Virus record (IMG/VR): IMGVR_UViG_3300030109_003187
Location: 3,213-67,212 of that record
Source of the DNA: a virus
Reading direction: 5' to 3' (one strand)
DNA: 64,000 nt
Shown here: positions 18,300-28,116 of the stretch, piece after piece
Layout: each line of letters begins with the position of its first letter
Position numbering within the stretch: the stretch's first letter is position 1
Program-made: the position numbers and the translations under genes
Notes under the pieces: generated by a model
Told to the model about the DNA's origin: nothing
Databases searched by the model: none
What the model saw: only the letters and a program-made list of their open reading frames with translations

Positions 18300-20651
18300 A
18301 TGATAATTGATACCTTTCGACCAGACCCCACAGGTCCTGACCACATCTACAAGAGGTGGCGTGATGCTGAGGGTAATCTGATTGAAGAAACTGTTACGGA
18401 CTTTGAACCGTATTTCTGGATTAAGGCCTCTACTCCTAAGCGAGTAGTTGAGAGAGTCTTGAACAGATATCCCGGTTCTTATGTAGACGAGACAGACACA
18501 GCAGAAGCGCTAAGAACTGGTGACCCGCTAATCAAGGTCTACGCATATCGTAACAGTGACATCAGGGACATGGCAAGAGAGTTTGGCTTCACATGGGAAG
18601 CAGACCTCAGTCTAGTCGATAGGTATCTCATTGACAACATATCAGAAATGCCCGAATGGAAACCAAGAGTATGGCATTTTGACCTTGAGTGGGACCCGAA
18701 GACAGATGAGACAACCGTCATGGCTGTAGTCGATTCCTATAACAACCGTAACATATCCTTTTGTTGGATGAAAGACAATCCAACTGACCTGTACGAGATG
18801 GACCATTTCATCGAAGAGAAAGAAGTCGAATATACTGTCAAAGGAGTACCTGTCAAGTTTACTTACGAAAGACATCTATATGGCTCAGAAGAGGACATGC
18901 ACACTGCTTTCCTCAACTACATGGAAGAATGTAACCCAGATGTGTTTGTAGCCCATGCTATCATGTGGGCTGACCTACCTCATCTAATTAGAAGATTATC
19001 TGACCACAGGAAACTAAGCCCTCTAGGTAGGGTTATACGACCAAGGCAAGATGGTTCATACGATTATGTAGCGCAACCACTCATTGGTAGACTATGCTTT
19101 GATACAGCCGCCCCGCTGAGAAGTGGTAGTGGCTTTGAGCGTGTATGGAAAGATAGTGGTCAGCCTCAACTTAAGAATAGGAAACTAGAAACTATTGCCG
19201 AGACACTGGGTTATGGTGGTAAATTTGAGATGGATGTATTCACTGGTTGGACTGAAAGGTTTGATGACTATGTTGATTACTGTATGCAAGATACTATTCT
19301 TCTTAAGAAAATAGATGAAGATAACCATGTACTCAACTTCTTCATGTCCTTACAAAGGATATGTGGAGTATCATTTCCATCATGTCACAATGTGACAAGA
19401 TTTGCTAGAGGTCTTCTAAGCAGAAGGACTCACTGGAAAGCACCATCTCGCTCTCGACAAGAGAAGCAGGAGTACGAAGGTGCTTTCATTCCGCCTCCCA
19501 AGCCCGGTAGATATGAGGGTGTGGCTTGTGTAGATTACAAGGGACTTTACCCCAGTATTATACTGAGCCATAATCTATCTTGGGAGACTCAAGTTCCAAG
19601 CCATCGTAAAAACGAGGCTAATGTCAGAGAATTATCTGACGGTACATGTTGGATGCAAGGTACAGATGCCCTGCTCCCTAAGATTGTCAACGAAATGTTT
19701 GACCTTCGTGACATGTACAAACAGAAGATGCGGGAGGCTTCTTCTGAAAATGAGAGAAACGGATGGAATACATTACAACTTGCAGTAAAGCGTGTAATGG
19801 CTTCATTCTACGGTATGACCGCCAGTGCTTACTGGGGCTGGTCAGACTTCGACATAGCCAGTGCTATCACAGCCTGTGGTCGGAGAGCAATCAAATTCCT
19901 TATGGAAGAATCAGAGAGTCAGGGTTACAGTTCCCTATACGGGCACACTGATTCCGCTTTCGTACAAGTGCCGTTTGATGAGGCACATGCTCTTGCTAAG
20001 CATTTGACTGAGACTGTTCAAAGAGAACACGAGTCTAGTCATTTGATTGTAGAGTTTGAGGCTTACATGCCTTACTGGATTGTAGGAGGTAAGAATCTGT
20101 ACTACGGTATTTGTTCTTGGCCACCCGAAGATGAAGGTAAGAAGAAGTCAGCAAGGTGGGGTAAGATAAGTACATTGGCACCTATCTCTAAAAACTTGGA
20201 GAACGATGTACTAACAGCGATATGTTCGGGTGCTGATGAAGATGAGGTAATCGGTATGATTAGACCGATATCTAAGAGAATCAAAAGAGGAGATGTAGAG
20301 TTGTCAGAGGTGGCGAGCACTACACGATTACAGAAGTCACTCAGTGCTTACGCTACTACCACTGGTGGTGCTGTAAAGGGTGCTAGGTACTTTAACGAAC
20401 ATCTGGCTACTACAAACAAATACGGCGAAGGTGACAGTGTTAACTGGGTCTATGTCATCAAAGCACCTGACAACTTACCACCCACAGATGTGGTAGTATA
20501 TCAGAAAGAAACAGACCTAGATGGATTCGATTTGGACTATGACAAAATGGTCGACAAGTTAGTTAAGCAAAAGATGAAGGGTATCTTTGGCGCTTTAGAT
20601 TGGAACTTAGAGTTCGCATCTGGTGCCGCACAACCCAAAAAGTATTGGTGA
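18300..20651 (+). CDS. polB: Family B DNA polymerase
   Basis: Exo FDLE, YCMQD; polymerase DYKGLYPS, KRVMASFYG, YGHTDS, KNLYYG. Confidence 0.95.
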   Translation: MIIDTFRPDPTGPDHIYKRWRDAEGNLIEETVTDFEPYFWIKASTPKRVVERVLNRYPGSYVDETDTAEALRTGDPLIKVYAYRNSDIRDMAREFGFTWEADLSLVDRYLIDNISEMPEWKPRVWHFDLEWDPKTDETTVMAVVDSYNNRNISFCWMKDNPTDLYEMDHFIEEKEVEYTVKGVPVKFTYERHLYGSEEDMHTAFLNYMEECNPDVFVAHAIMWADLPHLIRRLSDHRKLSPLGRVIRPRQDGSYDYVAQPLIGRLCFDTAAPLRSGSGFERVWKDSGQPQLKNRKLETIAETLGYGGKFEMDVFTGWTERFDDYVDYCMQDTILLKKIDEDNHVLNFFMSLQRICGVSFPSCHNVTRFARGLLSRRTHWKAPSRSRQEKQEYEGAFIPPPKPGRYEGVACVDYKGLYPSIILSHNLSWETQVPSHRKNEANVRELSDGTCWMQGTDALLPKIVNEMFDLRDMYKQKMREASSENERNGWNTLQLAVKRVMASFYGMTASAYWGWSDFDIASAITACGRRAIKFLMEESESQGYSSLYGHTDSAFVQVPFDEAHALAKHLTETVQREHESSHLIVEFEAYMPYWIVGGKNLYYGICSWPPEDEGKKKSARWGKISTLAPISKNLENDVLTAICSGADEDEVIGMIRPISKRIKRGDVELSEVASTTRLQKSLSAYATTTGGAVKGARYFNEHLATTNKYGEGDSVNWVYVIKAPDNLPPTDVVVYQKETDLDGFDLDYDKMVDKLVKQKMKGIFGALDWNLEFASGAAQPKKYW

Positions 20652-20655
20652 TAAT

Positions 20656-20844
20656 ATGAGCAGAATAGAAGACGAAGTATGTAAGCGGATTCAACAAAGG
20701 GCTGAAGTCGGTAAAGGTAAGTATGGAGTTACTATGGAGACTGCGCCTCTGTCTAGGCTAGAATGGCTTATACATGCCCAAGAAGAAGCGATGGACTTGG
20801 CTGTCTATCTACAGAAACTAATCGAAATGGAGATGAAAGAATGA
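20656..20844 (+). CDS. MazG-like all-alpha NTP pyrophosphatase-type protein
   Basis: RAEVGKGKYG...HAQEEAMDLAVY (EExxD). Confidence 0.6.
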   Translation: MSRIEDEVCKRIQQRAEVGKGKYGVTMETAPLSRLEWLIHAQEEAMDLAVYLQKLIEMEMKE

Positions 20845-21839
20845 GTAGAGACTGGGCAGCATATGCTAAATCAACATACCAATGGGAGCCGGGGCATGAG
20901 AAGATGCTCCGTATTACGAAGACTAGCCTTACCAGTGACTTTGACTTCTGTCCTAAACAGTATCAATACAAGCGTATTCACAGACTACCTGAGCCTACTA
21001 CTGATGCGATGACTAAGGGTACCAATGTACACGACGCTGTAGAATTGTTCTATGACAGCGCTATGCCTATCGTTGAAGAACTATTCAAACTAATGCAAAG
21101 AGATAAGCGAGAGGAAGCGTTGACTTTGGCATTAAGTATACTACCCGAAAAGGAGTACACATTAGGCGAAGAACCCATCATTGAGACAAGAATTAGATGG
21201 GACTTGGAAAGACTATTATCAACTGGTCCAGAGAAATACTTACCGATTATGAATGAGTTAGAAGTACACGCTCATGTCGATGAAGAGTTTGAATTCAACG
21301 GTGAGATGATACCCGTACCTATACACTATGCAGGGAGCATTGACCGAGGTTTCAGCGAAGAAGAAGGTGTAGCCATCATGGAACTGAAGACAGGTAAATG
21401 GGTGCAATCTAAGGGTAAAGATGATGAGTGGAGCGATTCTAAATTCAAGATGCAATCAATGAGGACCGAGATGGCTTTCTACCAGTATCTGTTAAAGAAG
21501 GCTGACCACGCATACCAAGATGTAACCCATTGGGGCTGGGTTTATCCAGCAGGCTCTAGTGCTAAACTAGACACATACAATAAGTATGGCTATCAACAGA
21601 GGTCAGTAGACCGAATTATATACGAAACACTGACTACCAGAACAGTAAACACCTATCGAAAAAAGATAGAGAAACTCAAGACAGCCTTAATTACGGCTTA
21701 CTTGACAGATGATTTTCCAACAAAACCTAGTACAGGTAAATGCGCTTGGTGCTCTTTTAAGAGTATCTGCCCAAGTTGGGATGGGACAGATGACCCGCAA
21801 GAATACATAAAGAAATACGAGAGTGAACAAAATGAATGA
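20841..21839 (+). CDS. Cas4/AddB-like PD-(D/E)xK exonuclease with Fe-S cluster
   Basis: CPKQY, GTNVH, GSID, ELKTG, CAWCSFKSIC. Confidence 0.88.
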   Translation: MSRDWAAYAKSTYQWEPGHEKMLRITKTSLTSDFDFCPKQYQYKRIHRLPEPTTDAMTKGTNVHDAVELFYDSAMPIVEELFKLMQRDKREEALTLALSILPEKEYTLGEEPIIETRIRWDLERLLSTGPEKYLPIMNELEVHAHVDEEFEFNGEMIPVPIHYAGSIDRGFSEEEGVAIMELKTGKWVQSKGKDDEWSDSKFKMQSMRTEMAFYQYLLKKADHAYQDVTHWGWVYPAGSSAKLDTYNKYGYQQRSVDRIIYETLTTRTVNTYRKKIEKLKTALITAYLTDDFPTKPSTGKCAWCSFKSICPSWDGTDDPQEYIKKYESEQNE

Positions 21840-22089
21840 AGATATGATAGGGAGAACAATCGAGGTGCTTTTGTCACCTCTAGTCGATAGACCAGTAGAT
21901 GCTACTTTTACCAAGTTAGGCCAAGGTAGAAACTACTCGGTTGCTATACAGACCAGTTTGTATGAGTTTGATAAGAGCGGTGGGCCAAAAGGTCCACTTT
22001 ATCTCAATTTAAACAAATCATTACTGCGAAATATAGACGACCTTGTTGCTACATTGAGAGAAATAGTTGAGAAAGTAAAGCGTGATTGA
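21823..22089 (+). CDS. Small protein with PIP-box-like motif
   Basis: QTSLYEF inside an 88-aa ORF in the replication block. Confidence 0.6.
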   Translation: MNKMNEDMIGRTIEVLLSPLVDRPVDATFTKLGQGRNYSVAIQTSLYEFDKSGGPKGPLYLNLNKSLLRNIDDLVATLREIVEKVKRD

Positions 22090-23194
22090 GATGAAAATAG
22101 TATTTGATTTTCCTAGGGAGGTGATGGAACTTAGCACCGAGAAGGGTAAAGGTTTCAGAAAACTCGTTAGGTCTAATCAAGACTTAGAAAGATACTGGGC
22201 TGGTAAGAACGGTGTGTCAAACGCCTTCATGACAGTGTATGGCTACAGAGGTTTGCAGCAACCGCACAACAAGCGTGTTGATTTGATGACTCCGATTGTC
22301 AGACATTTTGTTATGGACTTCGACCCTAAGAATTTCAGGGAAAGGGATAGGCCAGATGTGGAGATAGAGGTTGCGCTTGAGCAGACTATGACTCTACACT
22401 ACCATCTATTAGAAAGAGACATATCACACGCCGTATGGTATAGTGGAGGAGGTTTCCATGTATGGGTCATGCTTGATAAAGAATACATGCCGAGTGGACC
22501 CAACAGTCTATCAGCAATCAAAGAAGCAGGTATGCAAACAGTCAATGACTGGGTTGTTGCATTAGGTTTGTTTTGCTCAGACCCAGCAGTCCCATTCGAC
22601 ACTAGTGGTATGATTAGGATACCTAACTCGTATAATGCTAAGAGGGGACTTTGGTCTATACCGCTGTCTACAAACGATATGGAAAGAGGTATTGATTTCG
22701 TAATGGACAAAGCAGAAGATGCAAAGGCTGGTATGATATCTTACGGTACCAAGGGTCTGGAGTTAACTGTTAGGAAGATAAAGGAAAGAAGCCAAATCTT
22801 CAATCCTAACTCAGCACCTATTGACTTACCCACTGCCTCTACAGATGGGGTAATCATACTACCCTGTCTAAACTCAGCGGCTTGTAGGATAGGTAGTAAC
22901 CCTAGTCACGATGCAAGGGTACAACTTGCTAAATTCCTATCGAAACGCCTGAGATATTTCATGCCTGCTTGGAAGTTGACAGAGGAAAGTAAGGCCAAGC
23001 ATACCGAAATCATTGTAGACTACATTCGCTCGCTTCAATGGGCTGACTTCAACGAAAGCACTACCCGATACCAAGTAAGCACTATCATAGGTACAGATTA
23101 CCCACAGACATGTTCCATGCTCTGGAAGAAAGGGCTTTGTCTAGGTAAGTGTAGATACTGGGATGGAACAGGCGCTATAACGGAGGAAGAATAA
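22082..23194 (+). CDS. Archaeo-eukaryotic primase, PriS fused to PriL C-terminal Fe-S domain
   Basis: MDFD, YSGGGFH, RIPNSYN; then LPCL, SHDARV, TC....GLC..KC. Confidence 0.88.
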   Translation: MIEMKIVFDFPREVMELSTEKGKGFRKLVRSNQDLERYWAGKNGVSNAFMTVYGYRGLQQPHNKRVDLMTPIVRHFVMDFDPKNFRERDRPDVEIEVALEQTMTLHYHLLERDISHAVWYSGGGFHVWVMLDKEYMPSGPNSLSAIKEAGMQTVNDWVVALGLFCSDPAVPFDTSGMIRIPNSYNAKRGLWSIPLSTNDMERGIDFVMDKAEDAKAGMISYGTKGLELTVRKIKERSQIFNPNSAPIDLPTASTDGVIILPCLNSAACRIGSNPSHDARVQLAKFLSKRLRYFMPAWKLTEESKAKHTEIIVDYIRSLQWADFNESTTRYQVSTIIGTDYPQTCSMLWKKGLCLGKCRYWDGTGAITEEE

Positions 23195-23434
23195 ATGTCA
23201 TTATATTATTGCGAAATATGTGGTAATCGTGTAAGAGCCACTAAGATAATGAAAGACAGGTATGAAAGCCTAGAGGACCCTGTTATTATATGCCAATCTT
23301 GTAGGTATAACTTGAGAGTTCCCGATGAATTAAAGTGTACCAGAGTAACTAATGCTGGTAAAAGATGCGGTGGTATATTGTTTGACAGAACCATATCAAA
23401 GTGCGCACAATGCAGGAGGAGAGGATATGAGTAA
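23195..23434 (+). CDS. Double Zn-finger protein
   Basis: CEIC, CQSC, C..T..GKRC, CAQC. Confidence 0.65.
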   Translation: MSLYYCEICGNRVRATKIMKDRYESLEDPVIICQSCRYNLRVPDELKCTRVTNAGKRCGGILFDRTISKCAQCRRRGYE

Positions 23435-24137
23435 AACACCTTTGATAATAGACACTAATGAAAGAGGTCAATTGCACGATGCTGTTATTCGTGCTGCTGA
23501 GAGACAAGGCTTTCCCACTAAAAAAGAGCACTTACAAGGTATGGGTGATTACAAAGTGGGTAATGCTCACATAGAGTGTAAGAGCCTTTCAGACCTATTC
23601 CAATCTAGCCATAGCGGTCATCTAATGAGGCAGATAGATAACCTAGACGCTAACTGCGAAAGAGTATTCCTTGTCGTACACGGTGACATAGCCAAGTATG
23701 TAGCACTCTCTAAAAAACAAGGTAGAAATATATCATATTCCAAGGTTATGAATGAACTATTAGGTACATTCGCACGAATAATGGCTGACTTCGATTGTCA
23801 CATATATCGTGCAAAAGACCATTCAGAAGCGGCTATGTTCATAGCCAAACTTCACAGCAAAATGCATAAGCCAGCCAGTAGGCATGGTGCAAGAGCAGTG
23901 ACAAGAGTAAGTACCAATGATGTAAGGGCTGATATGCTGATAACCATACCCGGTTTCGGCCCAGACTTGGTAGATAAGTTGCTCGCTAAGTGCGGTTCTA
24001 TAGAAGAGATGCTCTACTTAGAATCACTAAAGCAAGTAAAGGGTATGGGTAAAACTTTGAGGCAGCGGTTACTAAATGTACTGACCTCAGAGGAACCAGT
24101 CAAAGTCCAAAAGACATACAATAAGAGAGGGAAATGA
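23427..24137 (+). CDS. ERCC4/XPF-family structure-specific nuclease with HhH domain
   Basis: IIDTNE, GDY, IECKSLSDL, IPGFG, VKGMG. Confidence 0.9.
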   Translation: MSKTPLIIDTNERGQLHDAVIRAAERQGFPTKKEHLQGMGDYKVGNAHIECKSLSDLFQSSHSGHLMRQIDNLDANCERVFLVVHGDIAKYVALSKKQGRNISYSKVMNELLGTFARIMADFDCHIYRAKDHSEAAMFIAKLHSKMHKPASRHGARAVTRVSTNDVRADMLITIPGFGPDLVDKLLAKCGSIEEMLYLESLKQVKGMGKTLRQRLLNVLTSEEPVKVQKTYNKRGK

Positions 24138-25579
24138 AAATGATGGAACACCGAGCAGATAATTACGAATGCGTACATAAATACCCAATATTGAAAGGTT
24201 ATCTTGACCACTTCAATCAGGTAAGTAAGAACAATGAGATACCGGGATTACTATCCTTTTTCTTTATTCTTGGACAGGCTTCTGTAGGCTATGCAAGAAT
24301 ACCAGTGGGAGGAAGTAACCTTGACCCAAGAGTCAGCGTATTCTGGATACAGGATACTAGGACAGGTAAATCAGCGTCTTATCAGATTATAGAAAAGGTA
24401 TTGAAAGCGGCTGGCCTCAAGTCAATTGACTACAACTCTGGTAACGATGCAGCGTTAGTAGGTACACTGGTACCCGACCCTGATTCGGAAGACCCAAGAA
24501 ATCCTGACATGATGGTGAGAGAAGGTATACTTGGGGGTCGTAAAGGTCTGAACTTTGATGAAGGTTCTGTTCTGCTAAAGGGTGGACAGCACAATGAGAA
24601 TACTACTTTGTTCTTACAGTCTGCTTTAAACTCAGCAGGGACTGGTCGTAACATTCTAACAAAGCACATGGCAAGAGACACATTCAGTGTTAAATCTGAG
24701 GTGTCACTGTGGATTACTACCTACCCTCCGAAGGGTATCAAGGAGCATGTGCTTGACAAAGGTATCTTCCAGCGTGTCCTCACTTACTGGAGGCATTGGA
24801 CACTTGACATGAAGAGAGATGTCAATCACGAATTGGCTGAATCAGTTCACAGTAAGCCAGAGTTTGAAGTATCCTTTGACAAAGTTGCTGACTTCTTTAG
24901 CGAACTTAAGACAAGCCTTAGAGACAGGGTGTTGAAACTCAGCGGCCTTTCTCATTTAGAATGGACAGATATGCACGATGATGACAAAGAAACTACAGTC
25001 ATGAGTGTGATGGATAGAATGTTCAAGGTAGACAGTTCGTATAGACCTGCTCTCATTGCGGCTATTGACGAATACTACACTCTAGTAGAACCAATGGGTC
25101 CTGAGAAACAGGGTATCTGTGCATCTTTCATCATGGGTCTACAGAACTATACCAATGTACTGGCTCATCATATGGCTATGATTGAAGGTACATGGACTGT
25201 CCGTGGAGACCATATAGATATGGCTAAGGAAATCTTATTCGACCTATATCAAAATCTAATCCAGTGGCTTGAGTCCGAAGTCAAAGTCGGCTCCGGCGGT
25301 AATGAAAAGAAGAAGATGGAAGGTCACTGGAAGAGCGCATACAATCAATGTGAAAGATTTGACTTTGATGACCAAAGAGGCGTCAACTGGGTCAAGAAGG
25401 CTGAGATGTACAAGGTGTTTGGTAAGTTAGCCAACTTAAGTAGTAAGGGTTCTGTCAACGGTAAGTACAACGATTACGGTGCTAAGATGTTCAAAGAAAC
25501 AAGAGAAGGAGTATCCAAGTATGTCAAACTTAGAGATGACTATGTAAGTAAATCTAAGCAAGACGGGGGCAAAAATTGA
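24134..25579 (+). CDS. MCM-like AAA+ helicase lacking the canonical N-terminal domain
   Basis: QDTRTGKS, DAALVG, GILGGRKGLNFDEG, IFQR Arg finger; probable C-terminal winged helix. Confidence 0.65.
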   Translation: MKMMEHRADNYECVHKYPILKGYLDHFNQVSKNNEIPGLLSFFFILGQASVGYARIPVGGSNLDPRVSVFWIQDTRTGKSASYQIIEKVLKAAGLKSIDYNSGNDAALVGTLVPDPDSEDPRNPDMMVREGILGGRKGLNFDEGSVLLKGGQHNENTTLFLQSALNSAGTGRNILTKHMARDTFSVKSEVSLWITTYPPKGIKEHVLDKGIFQRVLTYWRHWTLDMKRDVNHELAESVHSKPEFEVSFDKVADFFSELKTSLRDRVLKLSGLSHLEWTDMHDDDKETTVMSVMDRMFKVDSSYRPALIAAIDEYYTLVEPMGPEKQGICASFIMGLQNYTNVLAHHMAMIEGTWTVRGDHIDMAKEILFDLYQNLIQWLESEVKVGSGGNEKKKMEGHWKSAYNQCERFDFDDQRGVNWVKKAEMYKVFGKLANLSSKGSVNGKYNDYGAKMFKETREGVSKYVKLRDDYVSKSKQDGGKN

Positions 25580-25734
25580 TGTCTTCGATTTGGGACTTTG
25601 AATGCGTATTTTGTGAATCTAAGATAGGAAAAGACATAGGGGGGTACTATATAGGGATGCATTGGAAGAACCCTGTGTTGGTCTGCGACTGGTGCAAAAT
25701 GTGTATGGAGGATGTAGTATGTCAAACATGTTAG
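25579..25734 (+). CDS. 51-aa Zn-finger protein
   Basis: Hand translation with CVFC and CDWC; TGATG coupling. Confidence 0.5.
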   Translation: MSSIWDFECVFCESKIGKDIGGYYIGMHWKNPVLVCDWCKMCMEDVVCQTC

Positions 25735-26327
25735 CCTTAGATATTGAAACAGCGAATTTCTCTCATGAGATAGGAGGATGGGGTCACAGTCACTTGTTTG
25801 AGCCCACTGTAGTTGCTACTTGGGATGGAGAACAAGGTACTGTTTATTCTAATGAATCAGTATCTAAGTATCTACCCGAAGGTACGATTGTCAAGAAAAT
25901 GCATCCTAAAATTATCGGTGATGACTTGGCGGAGCATGTTGCTAAGGGCGGTATGGTACTAGGTCACAACCTCAAAGGGTTTGACTTACCTATCATTCGA
26001 GACGCACTAGACTGCTGGACTGCTGGAGACATTATGGCAAAGTCACAGGAACAAGTCTTTGATACATCTGTTTTGCTGAAAAACATAGTGGGTCATGCAG
26101 TACCACTTTCAGACGCCTGTTATCATACTTTAAACAAGGGTAAACTTATGAATAGTCACGATGCCCCAGTGGAGTGGCGTAAGGGTAATTACAGCAAAGT
26201 CGCTGAATATTGTCTGAAAGACGCCGAACTTGTATACGACCTTTGGAAACATGGTGTTGATGAGGGTATCGTAAAAGCAAGATGCAGAAAGACAGGGGAT
26301 GTCAAAGAATACGAGGTGGACTGGTAA
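25719..26327 (+). CDS. DEDD 3'-5' exonuclease (RNase H fold)
   Basis: LDIET, GHNLKGFD, YCLKD. Confidence 0.88.
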   Translation: MSNMLALDIETANFSHEIGGWGHSHLFEPTVVATWDGEQGTVYSNESVSKYLPEGTIVKKMHPKIIGDDLAEHVAKGGMVLGHNLKGFDLPIIRDALDCWTAGDIMAKSQEQVFDTSVLLKNIVGHAVPLSDACYHTLNKGKLMNSHDAPVEWRKGNYSKVAEYCLKDAELVYDLWKHGVDEGIVKARCRKTGDVKEYEVDW

Positions 26328-26476
26328 TGGTTATGATAGTCTGCGAAGTATGTAACAGAGATAATTGGGAAGGAATACGATGTGCTAAGCACCGAGTATG
26401 TAATTCCTGTATAGATTCCATATTGGAAAAACATTTTGAGAGGGAAAACAATGAACGAACAAGAACAGAACATTAG
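26327..26476 (+). CDS. Small Zn-finger protein
   Basis: CEVC...C..H.VCNSC; TAATG coupling. Confidence 0.5.
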   Translation: MVMIVCEVCNRDNWEGIRCAKHRVCNSCIDSILEKHFERENNERTRTEH

Positions 26477-27947
26477 TGCAGTAGTGCACAATATAAGAGC
26501 AGCAAAGAGAACCGTCGGAACAGTGAAAACTACACTTGGTCCGATGGGGATGGACAAGATGATGGTAGACGCTGGTGGTAATGTGATAGTTACCAACGAT
26601 GGTGCTACTATATTGCAGGAGTTAGACGCAAGTCACCCTGCCGCTAAGATGGTAGTTGAGGCTGCCAACACACAAGAAAGTATGTGCTATGACGGTACTA
26701 CTAGTACAGTTGTCTTAGCAGGCGAATTACTGGGTAACAGTGAACTCCTGTTCAACAAGGGTCTACACGCCAATGTAATCTGTAGAGGTTACCGACAGGC
26801 TTCTAGGTGGACTACTGAGCATCTTGAGACACTCAAGGTAGATGCTAAAGACCATTTACAGAATGTAGCCAAGACTTCAATTACAGGCAAAGCGCTTGAA
26901 TCTAGTATAGAGCATGTAAGTGCACTGTGTGTCGACGCTGTTAAGAAAGCCGGTGGAGAGTTTGAACGCATCCGTGTTCTATGTCAACCGGGTGGTAGCC
27001 TAGATGATTCATCTTGCTTTAGTGGGGTAGTATTGCACAAAGAGTTCATTCTACCTGCTATGCCTATGAAACCAAACGGTAAGGCTCTACTCATCAACAC
27101 TAGTCTGAGTGACAGTAAAAGCGATGACAATGTGCAACTAAGTTTGGGCTCTGCTGCTGAATATCAACAATACAAGCGACAAACTGGTCGTGACAACTGG
27201 GTCGAAAAAGGGCAACAAATAGCCAATATGCTACCGGATGGCGGTATTGTATTCGTTAGAGATACCGTAAACGAGGTAGTTGCTGCGACACTAGCAAAAC
27301 AAGGTATTTCTCTGGTTCATAGAATTCCTGAGAGTGATATGACCGCTTTATCTAAACTGCTCAACACTACTATAGCCCATACTACAGAAGACCTACAAGA
27401 GGCTGTAGATTGCGATGCAGAGTGTAAGACTATCGGTGACATGAAGTATGTCGTAGTCAAAGGTGAAGGAGAAGTTACTACACTAATTCTAAGAGGTGCT
27501 ACTAAGCAGACTCTTGACGAAACTGAGCGTGGCTTTGAAGATGCACTGGGTGTAGTTTGCTTAGCGTACACTACTCTAGGCGTAGTACCCGGTGGCGGCT
27601 CTGCTTATCTGAATGCAGCCCTCCATCTAAGGCAAAGGGCTGCGGAAGCAGGTGGTAGAGAGCAGATGGCTATCGATGCGTTTGCTGAGGCTCTTGAGTC
27701 CATACCTGCCACTATTGCTGAGAACGCAGGGCATGACCCACTAGACACTGTATTGACTCTAAGAAACGAACATCAACAAGGTAACAGCGACGCTGGTCCA
27801 GATATAGAGAATGGTGGGTCTTGTTCCATGGTAGAAGCCAATGTATGGGAACCACTCAGTTTAGTCAAGCAAGCAGTGCAATCTGCTAGCGAAGTCACCA
27901 TCAGCATACTAAGGATAGACGATATCGTAGTAAAGCGTGGCGAGTAG
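26451..27947 (+). CDS. ths: Group II chaperonin (thermosome subunit)
   Basis: TLGPMGMDKM, TNDGATIL, DGTTS, TLILRG, VPGGG, ILRIDD. Confidence 0.95.
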   Translation: MNEQEQNISAVVHNIRAAKRTVGTVKTTLGPMGMDKMMVDAGGNVIVTNDGATILQELDASHPAAKMVVEAANTQESMCYDGTTSTVVLAGELLGNSELLFNKGLHANVICRGYRQASRWTTEHLETLKVDAKDHLQNVAKTSITGKALESSIEHVSALCVDAVKKAGGEFERIRVLCQPGGSLDDSSCFSGVVLHKEFILPAMPMKPNGKALLINTSLSDSKSDDNVQLSLGSAAEYQQYKRQTGRDNWVEKGQQIANMLPDGGIVFVRDTVNEVVAATLAKQGISLVHRIPESDMTALSKLLNTTIAHTTEDLQEAVDCDAECKTIGDMKYVVVKGEGEVTTLILRGATKQTLDETERGFEDALGVVCLAYTTLGVVPGGGSAYLNAALHLRQRAAEAGGREQMAIDAFAEALESIPATIAENAGHDPLDTVLTLRNEHQQGNSDAGPDIENGGSCSMVEANVWEPLSLVKQAVQSASEVTISILRIDDIVVKRGE

Positions 27948-27948
27948 A

Positions 27949-28044
27949 ATGAGACTTTGCTCAAAAAGAGATTGTTTCAATCTAGCCCATAAAGGATTTA
28001 GATACTGCTTAGCGTGTCTCCGTGGAAAAGACGAGGAAGAGTAA
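27949..28044 (+). CDS. 31-aa Cys-rich protein
   Basis: MRLCSKRDCFN...RYCLAC. Confidence 0.45.
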   Translation: MRLCSKRDCFNLAHKGFRYCLACLRGKDEEE

Positions 28045-28064
28045 CCACTCAAATGTGCTCGTTT

Positions 28065-28100
28065 TTGAAGAAAAAATACTCAATGCATTTAAGTATAGTA
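28065..28100 (+). promoter_or_regulatory. Candidate archaeal promoter for the 28117 gene
   Basis: A-rich tract then TTTAAGTA about 25-30 nt before the ATG; no SD (leaderless). Confidence 0.4.
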
Positions 28101-28116
28101 TGTTATACCATAATTT

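Noticed and set aside
18300-20651. Intein or intron in PolB
   Set aside because: Normal length, contiguous motifs, no intein termini
20656-20844. Z-genome (2-aminoadenine) pathway
   Set aside because: No PurZ or DatZ seen in the window; the HD protein is SpoT-type
20841-21839. Cas4 as part of a CRISPR-Cas system
   Set aside because: Solo Cas4-like nuclease in a replication operon; no cas1, cas2 or array in the window
1126-23194. Many proteins ending in EE/EEE as a C-terminal protein signal
   Set aside because: Explained by the overlapping GAGGA/GAAGAA ribosome-binding sequence of the next gene
13953-27947. Archaeal host chromosome
   Set aside because: Genes are divergent, compact and contiguous with a capsid/tail module; no integrase or host boundary is visible
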